A stretch of DNA of 64,000 nt from Squalus acanthias (lineage: Eukaryota): the NCBI GenBank assembly GCA_030390025.1, contig CM059430.1, positions 47,554,001 through 47,618,000 of the forward strand, in the 5' to 3' direction. The translations under genes and the position numbers were made by a program. Of the stretch, positions 24,943 through 36,926 are shown one piece after another. Every line of letters begins with the position of its first letter. Within the stretch, counting starts at the first letter, position 1. The notes under the pieces were generated by a model. That model made no database searches. It was not told the DNA's origin and was given only the letters and a program-made list of their open reading frames with translations.

Positions 24943-25835
24943 GGGCCAACAGTTCCTGTTTTGGGCGATCCAGGTGCAAATTACGCTAGCATTCAAAGTG
25001 TTTTTTTTGTTCCAGTTTGTGCTCAAACTCATTTGCATATCGCCGAACCTAAATCTTCATGAGCCAGTGTAATCGGGCAGCGTTTTAGAACGTAATGTTT
25101 TTGCATGAAAAGTATTCCTTGATATATGTAAGAGTGGTAATCTGATGCCATTTTATTAATACAGCTGAAAATGGGTTTATCACAAAACACAGGCATTTTT
25201 AATCAGAGTGTCTAGTCCACCACCTGTGAGTAACTCGATTTTAAATAACTGAAAATGACTAAAAAAAACTATACATAACCATTTACTGGTTACATTGGTG
25301 TACAGTAAAAGAAAGATGTGCATTTCTATAGCGCCTTTCACGACCACGGGACGTCCCAAAGCACTTTACAGCCAATGAAGTACTTTTGAAGTGGAGTCAC
25401 TGTTGTAATGTGGGAAATGCGGCAGCCAATTTGCACACAGCAAGTTCCCACAAACAGCAATGTGATAATGACCAGATGATTTGTTTTTGTTTCTTAGTAA
25501 ATTAAATAATATTTAAAAGCTTTTAAAACATACCTACCCTTGCGCATAAAAAAAAGTTTAATTTTAAGAGCCTCCTCGAAGGCCCGCAAACGGGCGCAAT
25601 TACCGGAAACACGGCACGGTGATTAATTAGATCGGGGGGGGGGGGGGGAGGCATGGCCAGTCTTGTGGGCGGGACTGGCTTCTAGTGTGATGTTTTTTAA
25701 ACTACCGCAAAAGATCGCGGAAACTCAATTTGCGCTGAATGTAATTTGCGCTGATCTTTTGCGCTGGTATGGCTGATTTCGGGCAAACTGTGTTTGAAAA
25801 AAAAAAACAGCTTAACCTAGCGGAAACTCCTGCCC
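24943..25835. mobile_element. Older Harbinger-like MITE containing a DeuSINE fragment
   Basis: Degenerate TIR gggccaacagttcc / ggaaactcctgccc; CpG-rich arms with an AT-rich centre, as at 14358 and 45295. Confidence 0.5.
25308..25490 (-). mobile_element. DeuSINE 3' half
   Basis: tgcatttctatagcgcctttcacgaccacgggacgtcccaaagc is the reverse complement of the SINE tail. Confidence 0.8.
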
Positions 25836-26741
25836 AATGTCTTTACAAATGCCTCCTGCAGCCTCCATCCACCCAATATGTTGCCCACAGTCATTTTCCT
25901 CATCCTTGCTCTGGATGTAGGGCTAATTAAGTACATTTACTGTCTATTACAAGCAGCAGTGAAGTTTTTCTATTACCTCAGCTATCCAATCCTTTTTTAA
26001 AGCTTCAAGCAGCTGGCCTTGAAGATAATTAATTCTTTAATTGCACTGAAGTATTTTAAACAGGGCTTGGACATTAGCTAAATATAAACCTTCACTCAGA
26101 ACATCGGGAAATAATTCTTCGAGAAAAAAGATTTTCTTCACTAAAAAAATGTCACACATTCCAGCTTCTTGCCCAAAGGTAGATGAAATGAGTGATATTT
26201 ATGTGTACAATGTTAGCTATTTCTATTTAGTAGACTCAGATTTATTTTTAAAGTTAAAGCTACCTATAAAAACATTTAAAGCACAAAGCGAACAATTATA
26301 GAATTGGGAAAATTCACTTGAGAGAAACATTATTCCCAATCAAAAAAATAACAAATCCAAAATTACTCACTTGGTCTTCCAAAAAGGCTTAAATCACTAC
26401 AAAAGCTATGTGATACCAACAGAACAGTATATCTGCAGCCTACAGCAGTTCTGCCTGATATACTTCATCCAGTATGTGAAGTTTTGATTTTCATTGTAGT
26501 TTAGGCCATTTGTTGAGTGATGTACAAGTTCTCAGGTTATCTAGTCTCATGGTAGAGATTTCTGGAAAAACACTTCAGGCTAAGTCTTGTCCTTAGTGCG
26601 TGCTAGTGTATTTTCAGACTACACCATTAATACGGAAAAAGGAACCAGCAAATAATAAATGCCTATCTTTTTGCAGCTCCCTCTGCAGCTTGAAGTTGCC
26701 CAGGCTCAGTGTTAGAGCTGACCAATAACCAGTTACTATAG

Positions 26742-26940
26742 TGTGGAGATGCCGGTGTTGGACTGGGGTGGACAAATGTGAGAAGTCGCACAATACCAGG
26801 TTATAGTCCAACAGCTTTATTTGAAATCACAAGCTTTCGGAGCGCTGCTCCTTCGTCAGGTGATGAAGGAGCAGCGCTCCGAAAGCTTGTGATTTCAAAT
26901 AAAGCTGTTGGACTATAACCTGGTGTTGTGCGACTTCTCA
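26742..26940. mobile_element. 199-bp palindromic mini-Penelope (family A pseudo-LTR hairpin)
   Basis: 82-bp arms at 26777-26858 and 26861-26942 with 2 mismatches and a 2-nt loop; 12-bp TSD cagttactatag at 26730-26741 and 26941-26952; sequence nearly identical to 2420-2540. Confidence 0.9.
26826..26864 (-). ncRNA. Minimal type I hammerhead ribozyme motif
   Basis: Minus strand reads AUCAC-CUGACGA-A-GGAGC agc GCUCC-GAAA-GC-UU-GUGAU. Confidence 0.8.
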
Positions 26941-29170
26941 CAGTTACTATAGGACAATGAGCAAATAATTTTCCAGAGAATGCGTCAGACTGTTTGGGGG
27001 TTAGGGGAGGGGTGGTATTGTGTGTCAAATATATGATACAGCTAGCAAATTAAAAAAAAAACCTGAGAAAGAAATGATTTTCCTGATACTTAAGGACACA
27101 TCAATCTCTATTTTTCCAGTTGGTTTCCCCCCTCTTTTTCAGGTCTCCTTAGGCCATGCCGCAACTGTGACTGACATGCTCTCGAGCCATTGCTGCTTGA
27201 TACACAGGCTGCAAGGTGACCTTGCTCCAATTATCCTGGCCTTCACTCTATGCCTCCCAACACTAGCTGTGTCAGAGATCAGCAATCTTGTGGAACATGG
27301 CTACAAACCCACATTTGCCACTGCCCAAAGCAGGCAATTGATCTCCAATGATTTGCACCTCCACAAAAGCCTCCCTCTATTTAATTTATTTTTTAAATGG
27401 CATTTTCCCCATTTCCCCCTGTCTGCAAGTGGCATTCATTGCTCAGAGAGTGGGTGGGCTTCCAGGGCCCTAACAAATGTTGCTCAAACGAGTGAATTGT
27501 ATTTTTGAGAGGACCCCAGGATGCCATGGTGGTTCTCTCCAGTGGAGAAGAACCTGGCTTCTCTGTACCACTCTTTCCAAAATGTTCTAGAAACATTCTT
27601 AATCACTATTTTCTTATTATGTTGCTACTAAAGTAGCATTAGTAAACAAAGTTCCTAATGCCACTTGCTCTTCTCCACTATTCTCATTGTGAAAAGGAGA
27701 AATTTAAATAAAAAAGGGTTCTTTCTGGGGGACTGACCATTTTCTATGACAGCTACATATTTTTCCAGGGTTTTAAAATGTTTATCTTCCGATTCTAAAT
27801 TCCTCTGCACCACACACAAGGACTCTTCAGAAAGGGGAGACAACTCGATTACAGCTGTCCACTTATTCCATTCTCCCACTCAGTAGAATCAGCCTGCTCT
27901 CACATTTCACCTCTCTCCAATCTCCTTCCAAAGGAAACTAGGGCAAGTGGCTCAAAGATCAATAACTCAAACGCGTAGTTGTAATATGCATCTTAAAACT
28001 GCATGATTATCTACTGAATTATTTATGGCATATTATGGATGAGCGCAATTCATTGTTGAACCTCGGTTCTGACGAACATTGAATCACAAAAGATGAAGAT
28101 TATTATTTAAGCAAAGGAAAGTTCTCGTAAACTGCCAATACAGCACTTCTAACACTCTGTAGGAGGATTTGGCATTTCTACAGCATATTCAGCCTTACAG
28201 CTATTCTGTTTACCTAAACTGCTTTATAAAAGGAACAGGATTTTGTAAATTAATTAAGTCAGCTTGCGCCAATTTGCCATAGTTCAAACTAGAACCAATC
28301 CAATAGAATCTGGATCATAATCTCTGATCAAACTGTCCACTGTTCAGACAGGCAGACTGACCTCACCGAACAGTGCAAACCAAAAGATTTTTGCAACTTG
28401 CATCCCATTACTATACTCTGTAAAAGTATGAGCATTTATCTTCTGCCACATGAATGACAGGTCAAAAGTAAACAACCAGAGACCTCCTTCGCTTGGTTTT
28501 CAGTCAGTCTGTTAGGTTATTAGATTTATGCAAATTATTTCTCATCCTTAAATTTGCTGCCTCACGTTTTATTAAAAAAAAGTATTTCATATGGGTAACT
28601 TCCTGCACTGGTTGTATGCAGTTCAAATTTAATAAAGAAAAGACATTAATACATAAAAATAAAGATAACATTTTCTAACAGTATAAGTGTGTCCCAAAGT
28701 GTTCACTACAAGGACCTCTTCCTTACTGTATAACTGACAGCTTAAATTGGCTTTTATCCTCAGGTCAGAAAGGGTGTCAGATTTTTTTTAAATATGAGGC
28801 AGGTACCAGCAAACACACTGAATGCCTTATTTGCAGCCATACGGACCGTGATATTACCAGCTACATTTTGCTAACATTCGATCTGAATAGTACAGCGTAG
28901 AGCCCACAACATTACAATACCATTCACATATGTTCTTCTAAATATGCTAACACTTGGTGCACTGACACTGATTTTATTCGACTTGAGAACCCGAGGGGCG
29001 GTGGGAGGAGTCAGCTTTAATCCAGTCTATAAAGAACGTGTTGATGATTTTGCGACACAAAGCACACAGAGGAATTCTTCCCTACCAGCCACTAGTGACA
29101 GCTGTTTTGAAACCAAATAATCAAGGTCTTTTGCCCAAAGAAATTCATTACAATTATGCCCAAATCAACT

Positions 29171-29525
29171 GTCAGTTTGGCTCAGTTGGTAAAACTCTCA
29201 ACTTGGAGTCAGAAGATTGTGGGTTCAAGCCCCACTCCAGGACGGCAGTAAAGTATTGAGGGAGCACTGTATTGTTGGACATACCGCCCTTCAAATGTCT
29301 GCCTATTGTAGTTCTTCGGGTGGATGTTAAGGATCCCATTAAGAACAGGAAGTTCTCCCAGTATCGTGGCCAACATTCTTCCCTTAACCAACACTTCACT
29401 GTGCACAAAATGGTGGTCATGTTTGCCTACAGAACAGTCACTGGAATCAAAAGTAATTAATTGTATGTGAACTGCTTTGGGATGTCTTTGAGACATTGAT
29501 AAGATGTTATATAAATGCAAGACTT
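29171..29525 (+). mobile_element. DeuSINE, diverged
   Basis: tggctcagttgg...ggttcaagcc head, gtggatgttaaggatcccat domain and ttatataaatgcaag tail. Confidence 0.8.
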
Positions 29526-31199
29526 GTGTGTGGATTTAATGTTAATTACCTATTACGGATTCTTCATCTGTGAATGTAGTTCAGCTTCTACATGCAAGTA
29601 ATGAGAAAAATCGTGGGACACAATACTTTTCCAAAATCTCTAATAGCCACATAAGCTACCTTACCCTCACTGCACACCATGGTTCTTTGATAGAGATGGC
29701 AACAGAATAGACAAAGGAAAAAAAAAACAGGACATACAAAAAAAAGATAAAACTCAGCCACTTCAGGTGTGTGAGAGTGAGAGAAAAAGTCTGAGAATGT
29801 TCTCTGATACTTTGCATCCTTGCAAAGGGTTGGCTTCAAAGTGAGACAAGGTTCTTGATACCAAAGCTACATTCTGTCCTTGTACAGGAGTCAGGAATGG
29901 GTCCATCCTCGTTTATATATGTAACACATTGCTGTCATGTTAGACTCTCACCTGCTCTTGTAGCAGATCCTCCTCTAATATGATTAGCGACACAAAGCTT
30001 CCACTTTACAAGTATTGATCAATATTATTTAAGGAATGAACATAGTCCAAAAAATAACACAAAAACTTAACATTCATTGAATAGGTCCCCCAACTAAGTC
30101 GCATCCTGATATACATTACAGAAAATCCTCACCTAAAATAGATTTTCTTAATTTAAAAAAAATTGTCCCATTCTGCTCCCCCCTCCCCCAAGCTGTCTCT
30201 CTACTAAGAGTCTCATCCGCCTCAGTTTTCCAGGGCTACCTCTTTAATAATTAATAGTACCATTTGCCTGTTTTTCCCATGGCGCTCTCTTTATCAGCCA
30301 CATTCTGCACTGTTTCTTCTTTCTCCACTCTTCTTTTAAAACCCTATTATGGTTGGTAGTAAGACTGTTACAAAGCAGAAAAGGATTTTTTTTTAAAAAT
30401 CCATTCTGATGAAATCCATATTGCTTTAAAGTAGTGAGTCAGAGGATACGCTATGAGCAAACTCCACAGGGGATATAATAATATACTATACTAATACATG
30501 CATTTGTTTAGTGCCTTACCACATCAAAACATAGAGTGCTTTGCACAATAAATGAGCAAAATTCCATGCATCTACCCATCTGATACAGATAGCATCACAT
30601 ATGGAAACTCTAATACACAACCTACTTCAGTTATTTGCGGGTTATAAGGCTAGGTTACTCACAAATTATTTTCTAAAATCCATGGCTGAATATGTGATCC
30701 CTCTATTTCACTTGCATTTTCAAAGTAGCTAGTATTAAAATTATAGGTAACAATCTGGCAGAGATTTAACAAGTTCACATTAAAGGCTTGTGTCAGTATT
30801 ATGACAAAACATTGATCAGCAGAAATCTTATTAATGACATAATTAAAGACTAAATTCCTCATGCCACACCAATGTCTCCACATTAAAAGCCATATGCACG
30901 TCACAGTAGTACAGGTGTCTCAAATGCTAAAACCATGATATAAGGCTTCAAAGGCAAAACTGCTTTCTTACCCATAAGTAAGGAGTTCTTCTAAACTACC
31001 TTGTAATCACTGAATTTTCATTTTGCTACCATGGTAGGTCTGTGATGACTTGATTTGTCCCATATAGTTATACATGGTCAGCTTTAAGATGGTTTGCCTC
31101 TCTTTAGTTTTAACAAAATATCTTTGCTTCATGATGATAGATAATGATTGCACAGTATGGAAGTGAAGGGCAGATCATGGACAAGATCAACCAGAAAGC

Positions 31200-31345
31200 A
31201 CTGACTTTTTGTTGGCGTGCAGTCCCCGAGTGTTGGCTGCCCTTTGGTACCTCACCCAAGTGGCCATTCTTCATGTGTGAGCCTTGATAGTGAGTTTTGG
31301 CCGGTCGGGCCAATTGGCCACCTGAGCGCTCACGTGGATGTACTT
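31200..31345 (-). mobile_element. Ancient SINE fragment (AmnSINE2-like)
   Basis: cctttggtacctcacccaagtggccattcttcatgtgtgagcct; homologous to 12262-12390. Confidence 0.55.
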
Positions 31346-33436
31346 TCGTCTACCCTTAAAGTAACTACAGTGTACATTAACTTTTGCCCTATCTTGTGAA
31401 TGGGATGATATGATACACACATATGCACTGGAAAGATGTCTGTAATATAACATCTTGCACTTTGTAATTTTTCTCCCATCCCAATTTTACAATCAAGACA
31501 CCCCTGGAAAAAACTCTCTCCCAAGGTCACATACACCCGCACTTCCAAACTCCCAACTATCTAGTCCTTGAATCTCCGTTCACCACGATATATCTGCGGC
31601 TGTCAATCTGCTCAATCACTCCTCCTCCTTCGCCTTTAATGCCCTTGTCCCCAGTAAAACCATTACTCTCAATCACTCTGGTCATTGCCCCATCTTCAGT
31701 CTCTCAAGTCTAAGAGGCGCAGACATGAACGGATCTGGCGCACAACTGGTTTAGCCATTCATCGCCAAATCTGGTTGGACCACATCAAGCAATATTGGAT
31801 CCTGCTCTTCTCTGATAAAACTGCTCATTGCTCCAGGATCATCCTGGAATGCAAAGATAACCCCATTTCTTTTCTCCACTCCCAACCATCTCCTTAAACC
31901 CCTCTTCCCTGCCTCCTCTACCCTCACCTCGAACAACATGTGCAAGGAGCTCATGGAACTCTGTTACTAAAATTGAGAACATTTGTTCAGCTGCCTTTGC
32001 CAGACCTCTCCTTCCCCTTGCCCACCAAGCCAAGCTTCACCCCTGCCCTAGACCTGAATCCGCATCTTTCTCTAGTTTCCAATGCCCCCTAAGAGCTCAT
32101 CTTGTGCACGCATCCCAACTCCTCCTCTCTCGATGCTATTCCCACTAAACCGCTGACCACCTAACTTCCCTTCCTGGCCCTCACGCTAGCGGACATTGTA
32201 AATGGTTCGCTTTCCTCAGGTACTGTCTCCCTCGCTTTCAAATCTACGGTCATCACTGCCCCCCCCCCCCCCCCACCTCTCAAAAACCCACCCTTGATCC
32301 TTCTATCGCTGCAAACAACCACTCCATCTTCAACCTCCCTTTGCTCTCCAAAATCCTTGAACATGTTGTCGCCTCCCAGATTACATAGGATATACAGCAC
32401 AGAAATAGGCCATTCGGCCCAACCAGTCCATGCCGGTGTTTATGCTCCACTCGAGCCTCCTCCAGTCTTTCCTCATCTAACTCTATAAGCATAACCCTCT
32501 ATTCCCTTCTCCCTCATATGCTTATCTAGCCTCCCCTTAAATACATCTAGACTATTCGCTTCAACCACTCCCTGTGGTAGCGAGTTTCACATTTTCTGGG
32601 TAAAGTAGTTCCTTCTGAATCCCCTATTTGATTTCTTGGTGACTATCTTATATTGATGGCCTTTAGTTATGCTCTTCCCCACAAGTGGAAACATGCTCTC
32701 TATCTACTCGATCAAAACCTTTCAGAATTTTAAAGACCTCTATTAGGTCACCCCTCAGCCTTCTCTTTTCAAGAGAAAAGAGATCCAGCCTGTTCATCCT
32801 TTCCTGATATGTATACCCTTGCATTTCTGGTATCAGCCTTGTAAATCTTTTTTGCTCCCTCTGCAGTGCCTCTATATCCTTTTTATAATTTGGCGACCAG
32901 AACTGTACACAGTACTCTAAGTGTGCTCTAACCAAGGTCCGATACAGGTTTAGCATAACTTCACTACTTTTCAATTCAATCCCTCTAGAAATAAACCCTA
33001 GTGCTTGTTTTTTTTTTTATGGCCTTGTTAACCTGTGTCGCTACTTTCAGTGATTTGTGTATTTGTACTAAGAGATCCCTTTGCTCCTCTACCCCACCTA
33101 GACTCGCACCCTCCAAGTAATAAATGAACTCCCTATTCTTCTTACCAAAATGTAATACCTCACTGTTGAATTTCATTTGCCAATTATATGCCCATTCTTC
33201 AAGTTTATTAACATCTTCTTGTAATTTGTTGCAGTCCTCCTCAGTGTTGACTATCGCCCCCAATTTGGTGTCATCTGCAAATTTAGAAATTGTGTTTTTG
33301 ATTCCAAAGTCTAAATCGTGAACATAACTTGTGAACAACAGTGCTCCCAGCAATGATCCTTGTGGAACAGCACTTTCCATCTTCTGCCACTCTGAATAGC
33401 TACCCTTTACCCCTACTCTCTGCTTTCTCTCTTGAA

Positions 33437-33529
33437 TTGAGAGGTCGCACAACACCAGGTTATAGTCCAACAGTTTTATTTGAAATCACAAGCTTTCGGA
33501 ACTATCGCTCCTTCCTCAGGTGAAGTAAA
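33437..33529 (-). mobile_element. 93-bp Penelope family A insert consisting of a hammerhead plus the 3' end
   Basis: Homologous to 2457-2545; 12-bp TSD ttctctcttgaa at 33425-33436 and 33530-33541; lies inside CR1. Confidence 0.88.
33486..33523 (-). ncRNA. Minimal type I hammerhead ribozyme motif (variant)
   Basis: Minus strand reads UCAC-CUGAGGA-A-GGAGC gaua GUUCC-GAAA-GC-UU-GUGA. Changes fall at the variable N7, the stem II loop and one G-U wobble. Confidence 0.78.
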
Positions 33530-34202
33530 TTCTCTCTTGAAGCCAGCAAGTTATCCATTCTGCTACTTGTCCCCTGACTCTCCATGCTCTGACCTTATTC
33601 ATTAGTCTATTATGTGGTACTTTATCAAAGGCCTTTTGAAAATCGAGATACGTGCCCATCTTTCCCGCAACTCCATGTTTGAACATCTCCAATCAGGTTT
33701 CCGGTCCTGCCACAGCTCTGAAACGGAACTAATCAATCAAAGTAAGAAACAACATCCTCTATGACTGTGACCATAGTGAACTATCCATCATAGTCCTCTC
33801 GACCTCGCTGTAGTTTTTCACATGGTTGACCATGCCACCCTCCTTCAAAGCCTCTCCTCCGTTGTCCAGCTCAGTGGGACTGCCTTTGCTTGATTCAACT
33901 CTTACCTATCCAATTGTAGCCAGAGAATCTCCTGCAATGTCTTCTCTTCTGGCCCCTACACAGTTACCTCCGGAGTCCCTCAGGGATCTATCCTTGATCC
34001 CCTCCTATTCCACATCTACATGCTGCCCCTTGGCGACATCATCTGAAGATATGATGTCAGGTTTCATACGTACGCTGAAGACACCCAGCTCGACCTCACC
34101 ACCACCTCTCTTGACTCCTGCACTGCCTCTGTGCTGTCAGACTGCTTGTCCGACATGAGTTGCAATTTCCTACAATTAAACACTGGTAAGACCAATGTCA
34201 TT

Positions 34203-34560
34203 GGGGGTAATTTTAACCCCCAAAAATGGGTGGATTTGGGTCGGGTGGAAGTTAAAACTACAAAATTTTCAAACCCGATCCCAATCCACCACTTCCGGTT
34301 TGAATGGAAGCGGGATGGGGCGGGCGCACAATCCGCTCTCCGTAGGCAGTTCGGACATTGGATGCTTTTAATGAGGCCGCGTGCCTCCATTTCAACATGC
34401 TTTCTATTTTTAGCTAATTTGGACCTGGTTTCCCTGGCCTCGGCACACCCGGCAGGTAAAAGGAGGCGAGAAGGGCTGGATCCATAAGGTAAGTGCCTTT
34501 ACAACACTGCTTGAAGGCCAGGAGGAGCAGGAGTGTTTCCTCCAGGCCCAACAAGCTACT
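34203..34560 (+). mobile_element. Left part of a non-autonomous DNA transposon (GGGG-start, Harbinger-like)
   Basis: Begins gggggtaattttaacccc and is colinear with 50547-50890. Confidence 0.6.
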
Positions 34561-34567
34561 CTGTAAA

Positions 34568-34632
34568 CAATGTGCCCTCTAATTCTTCTTTCCCTGAGCG
34601 GGCCCTTTAAATTTGCTGTGCGGCCGCTGCAC
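34568..34632 (+). mobile_element. Truncated copy of the hAT MITE seen at 16033
   Basis: caatgtgccctctaa terminus and shared gggccctttaaatttgctgtgc. Confidence 0.65.
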
Positions 34633-35075
34633 ATCGTTCCATTCACCCATCACTCCCGTGCTTGCTGACCTATATTGTCTCCCAGTCCCACAACATCTCC
34701 AAATTAAAATGATTACCCCTTGTGTTCAAATCCCTTCATGGCCTCGCCCCTCTCCACCTCTGTAACCTCCTCCAGCCCTATAACCCTCGGAGAATTCTGC
34801 GTTCCTCCAACTCTGGCCTTTTGCGCATCCCCCACTCCCTTCGCCCCACCATTGGTGGATGTACACTTAGCCGTCTGGGCCCTGAACTCTGGAATTCCCT
34901 CACTAAACCTCTCTCACCCCTCCTATAAGACCCTCCTTAAAAGCATCTCTCTGACCAAGCTTTTAATCACTCTTCAAATATATCTCCTCCTTTGGCTCAT
35001 GTCAATTTTTGTCTGATTACTCTTCTGCAAAGCATTATGTGACATTTTACTATGTTAAAGGCGCTACATAAATGA

Positions 35076-36926
35076 GTACTTGCAGCACTCCATTCTCTCC
35101 GATCCAACCCTGACATTGTCATTAAACCTGCTGACAAGGGTGGCGCTGTTGTTGTTTGGCGAACCGACCTCTACCTAGCGGAAGTTGAACGCCAACTCTC
35201 TGACACCTCCTCCTACCTCCACCTGGACCATGACCCCACTACCGAACATCAAGCCACCGTGTCCAAGACTGTCACTGACCTCATCTCCTCTGGAGATCTT
35301 CCCCCCACGGCCGCCAACCTCATAGTTCCCCAACCCCGCACAGCCTGCTTCTACCTCCTTCCCAAGATCCACAAACAGGACTGCCCCGGTAGACCCATCG
35401 TTTCAGCCTGTTCTTGCCCCACAGAACTTATCTCTTCCTATCTCGACTCTATTTTTTCTCCCCTTGTCCAGTCTCTTCCCACCTACATCCGCGACTCTTC
35501 CGATGCCCTCCGCCATTTTAACAGTTTCCAGTTTCCCGGCCCCAACCGTCTCCTCTTCACTATGGACGTACAATCCCTCTACACCTCCATTCCCCACCAG
35601 GATGGCCTGAGGGCGCTCCGCTTCTTCCTTGAACAGAGGCCCAACCAGTCCCCATCCACCACCACCCTCCTCCGCCTGGCTGAACTTGTTCTCACATTGA
35701 ACAACAACTCCTTTGACTCTACCCATTTCCTCCAAATTAAAGGTGTTGCTATGGGTACCCGCATGGGTCCTAGCTATGCCTGCCTTTTCGTGGGATATGT
35801 GGAACACTCTTTGTTCCAGTCCTACTCGGGTCCCCTCCCTCACCTCTTTTTCCGGTACATTGATGACTGTATCGGTGCCGTCTCCTGCTCTCGCCCTGAA
35901 CTAGAACATTTCATTCACTATGCTTCCAATTTCCACCCTTCCCTCACCTTCACATGGTCCATCTCCGACTCTTCCCTTCCCTTCCTCGACTTCTCCATCT
36001 CCATCTCTGGGGATAGGTTATTGACTAACATTCACTACAAGCCCACTGATTCCCACAGCTACCTGGACTACACTTCCTCCCACCCCGCCTCCTGTAAGGA
36101 CTCTATTCCATTCTCCCAGTTTCTCCGTCTCCGCCGCATCTGCTCTGATGATGCCACCTTCCATACCAGTGCTTCCGACATGTCTTCCTTTTTCCTCAAC
36201 CGAGGATTCCCCTCTACCGTGGTCGACACGGCCCTCGACCGTGTCCGTTCTATCTCCCGCACATCTGCCCTCACCCCTGCCCCTCCCTCCCGGAACCACG
36301 ATAGGGTTCCCCTTGTCCTCACCTTTCACCCCACCAGCCTCCACATTCAACGGATCATCCTCCGCCATTTCCGCCACCTCCAGCGTGATCCCACCACCAA
36401 ACACATCTTCCCCTCACCTCCCCTTTCAGCATTCCGCAGGGACCGCTCCCTCCGCGACACCCTAGTCCACTCCTCTACCACCCCCAGCACCCCTTCCCCT
36501 TCGCCCGGCACCTTCCCGTGCACGCGCAGGAGATGCAACACATGCCCTTATACCTCCCCTCTTCCCACTGTCCAGGGCCCCAAACACCCCTTCCAGGTGA
36601 AACAGCAATTTACTTGTACTTCCTGCAATTTAGTATACTGTATTCGCTGCTCACGATGTGGACTCCTCTACATTGGGGAGACCAAACGCAGATTGGGTGA
36701 CCGCTTTGCGGAACACCTCCGTTCAGTCCGTAAGGGGGACCCCGAGCTCCCGGTGGCCTGTCACTTTAATTCACCGCTTCACTCCCACTCTGACCTCACC
36801 GTCCTCGGCCTATTACACTGTTCCACGGAAGCTCAGCGTAAGCTCGAGGAACAGCACCTCATCTTTCGTTTCGGCACGCTACAGCCCTCTGGACTCAATA
36901 TCGAGTTCAACAATTTTAGATCATAA
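35076..36926 (+). CDS. Penelope-like reverse transcriptase + GIY-YIG endonuclease (5'-truncated open frame, 616 codons)
   Basis: In-frame IKPADKGG upstream of the tracked ORF start at 35259; LPKIHK, GRPIVS, MDVQSLYTSI, GVAMG, RYIDD; C-terminal LVYCIRC..C.LLYIGET...RFAEH...GLN. Confidence 0.93.
   Translation, partial: VLAALHSLRSNPDIVIKPADKGGAVVVWRTDLYLAEVERQLSDTSSYLHLDHDPTTEHQATVSKTVTDLISSGDLPPTAANLIVPQPRTACFYLLPKIHKQDCPGRPIVSACSCPTELISSYLDSIFSPLVQSLPTYIRDSSDALRHFNSFQFPGPNRLLFTMDVQSLYTSIPHQDGLRALRFFLEQRPNQSPSTTTLLRLAELVLTLNNNSFDSTHFLQIKGVAMGTRMGPSYACLFVGYVEHSLFQSYSGPLPHLFFRYIDDCIGAVSCSRPELEHFIHYASNFHPSLTFTWSISDSSLPFLDFSISISGDRLLTNIHYKPTDSHSYLDYTSSHPASCKDSIPFSQFLRLRRICSDDATFHTSASDMSSFFLNRGFPSTVVDTALDRVRSISRTSALTPAPPSRNHDRVPLVLTFHPTSLHIQRIILRHFRHLQRDPTTKHIFPSPPLSAFRRDRSLRDTLVHSSTTPSTPSPSPGTFPCTRRRCNTCPYTSPLPTVQGPKHPFQVKQQFTCTSCNLVYCIRCSRCGLLYIGETKRRLGDRFAEHLRSVRKGDPELPVACHFNSPLHSHSDLTVLGLLHCSTEAQRKLEEQHLIFRFGTLQPSGLNIEFNNFRS

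Larger units (their letters stand above)
32382..33650 (-). mobile_element. CR1 LINE 3' fragment nested in L2
   Basis: [18 protein letters not shown] and RAHLEYCVQFWSP motifs; 3' tail at 32385-32440. Confidence 0.92.

Noticed and set aside
26861-26895. Second hammerhead on the plus arm of the hairpin
   Set aside because: The core reads GUGAUGA rather than CUGANGA and the 5' strand of stem I is lost at the junction.
27020-27508. 162-aa ORF outside recognised repeats
   Set aside because: Non-ATG start, spans a poly-A run, low-information composition and no recognisable family.
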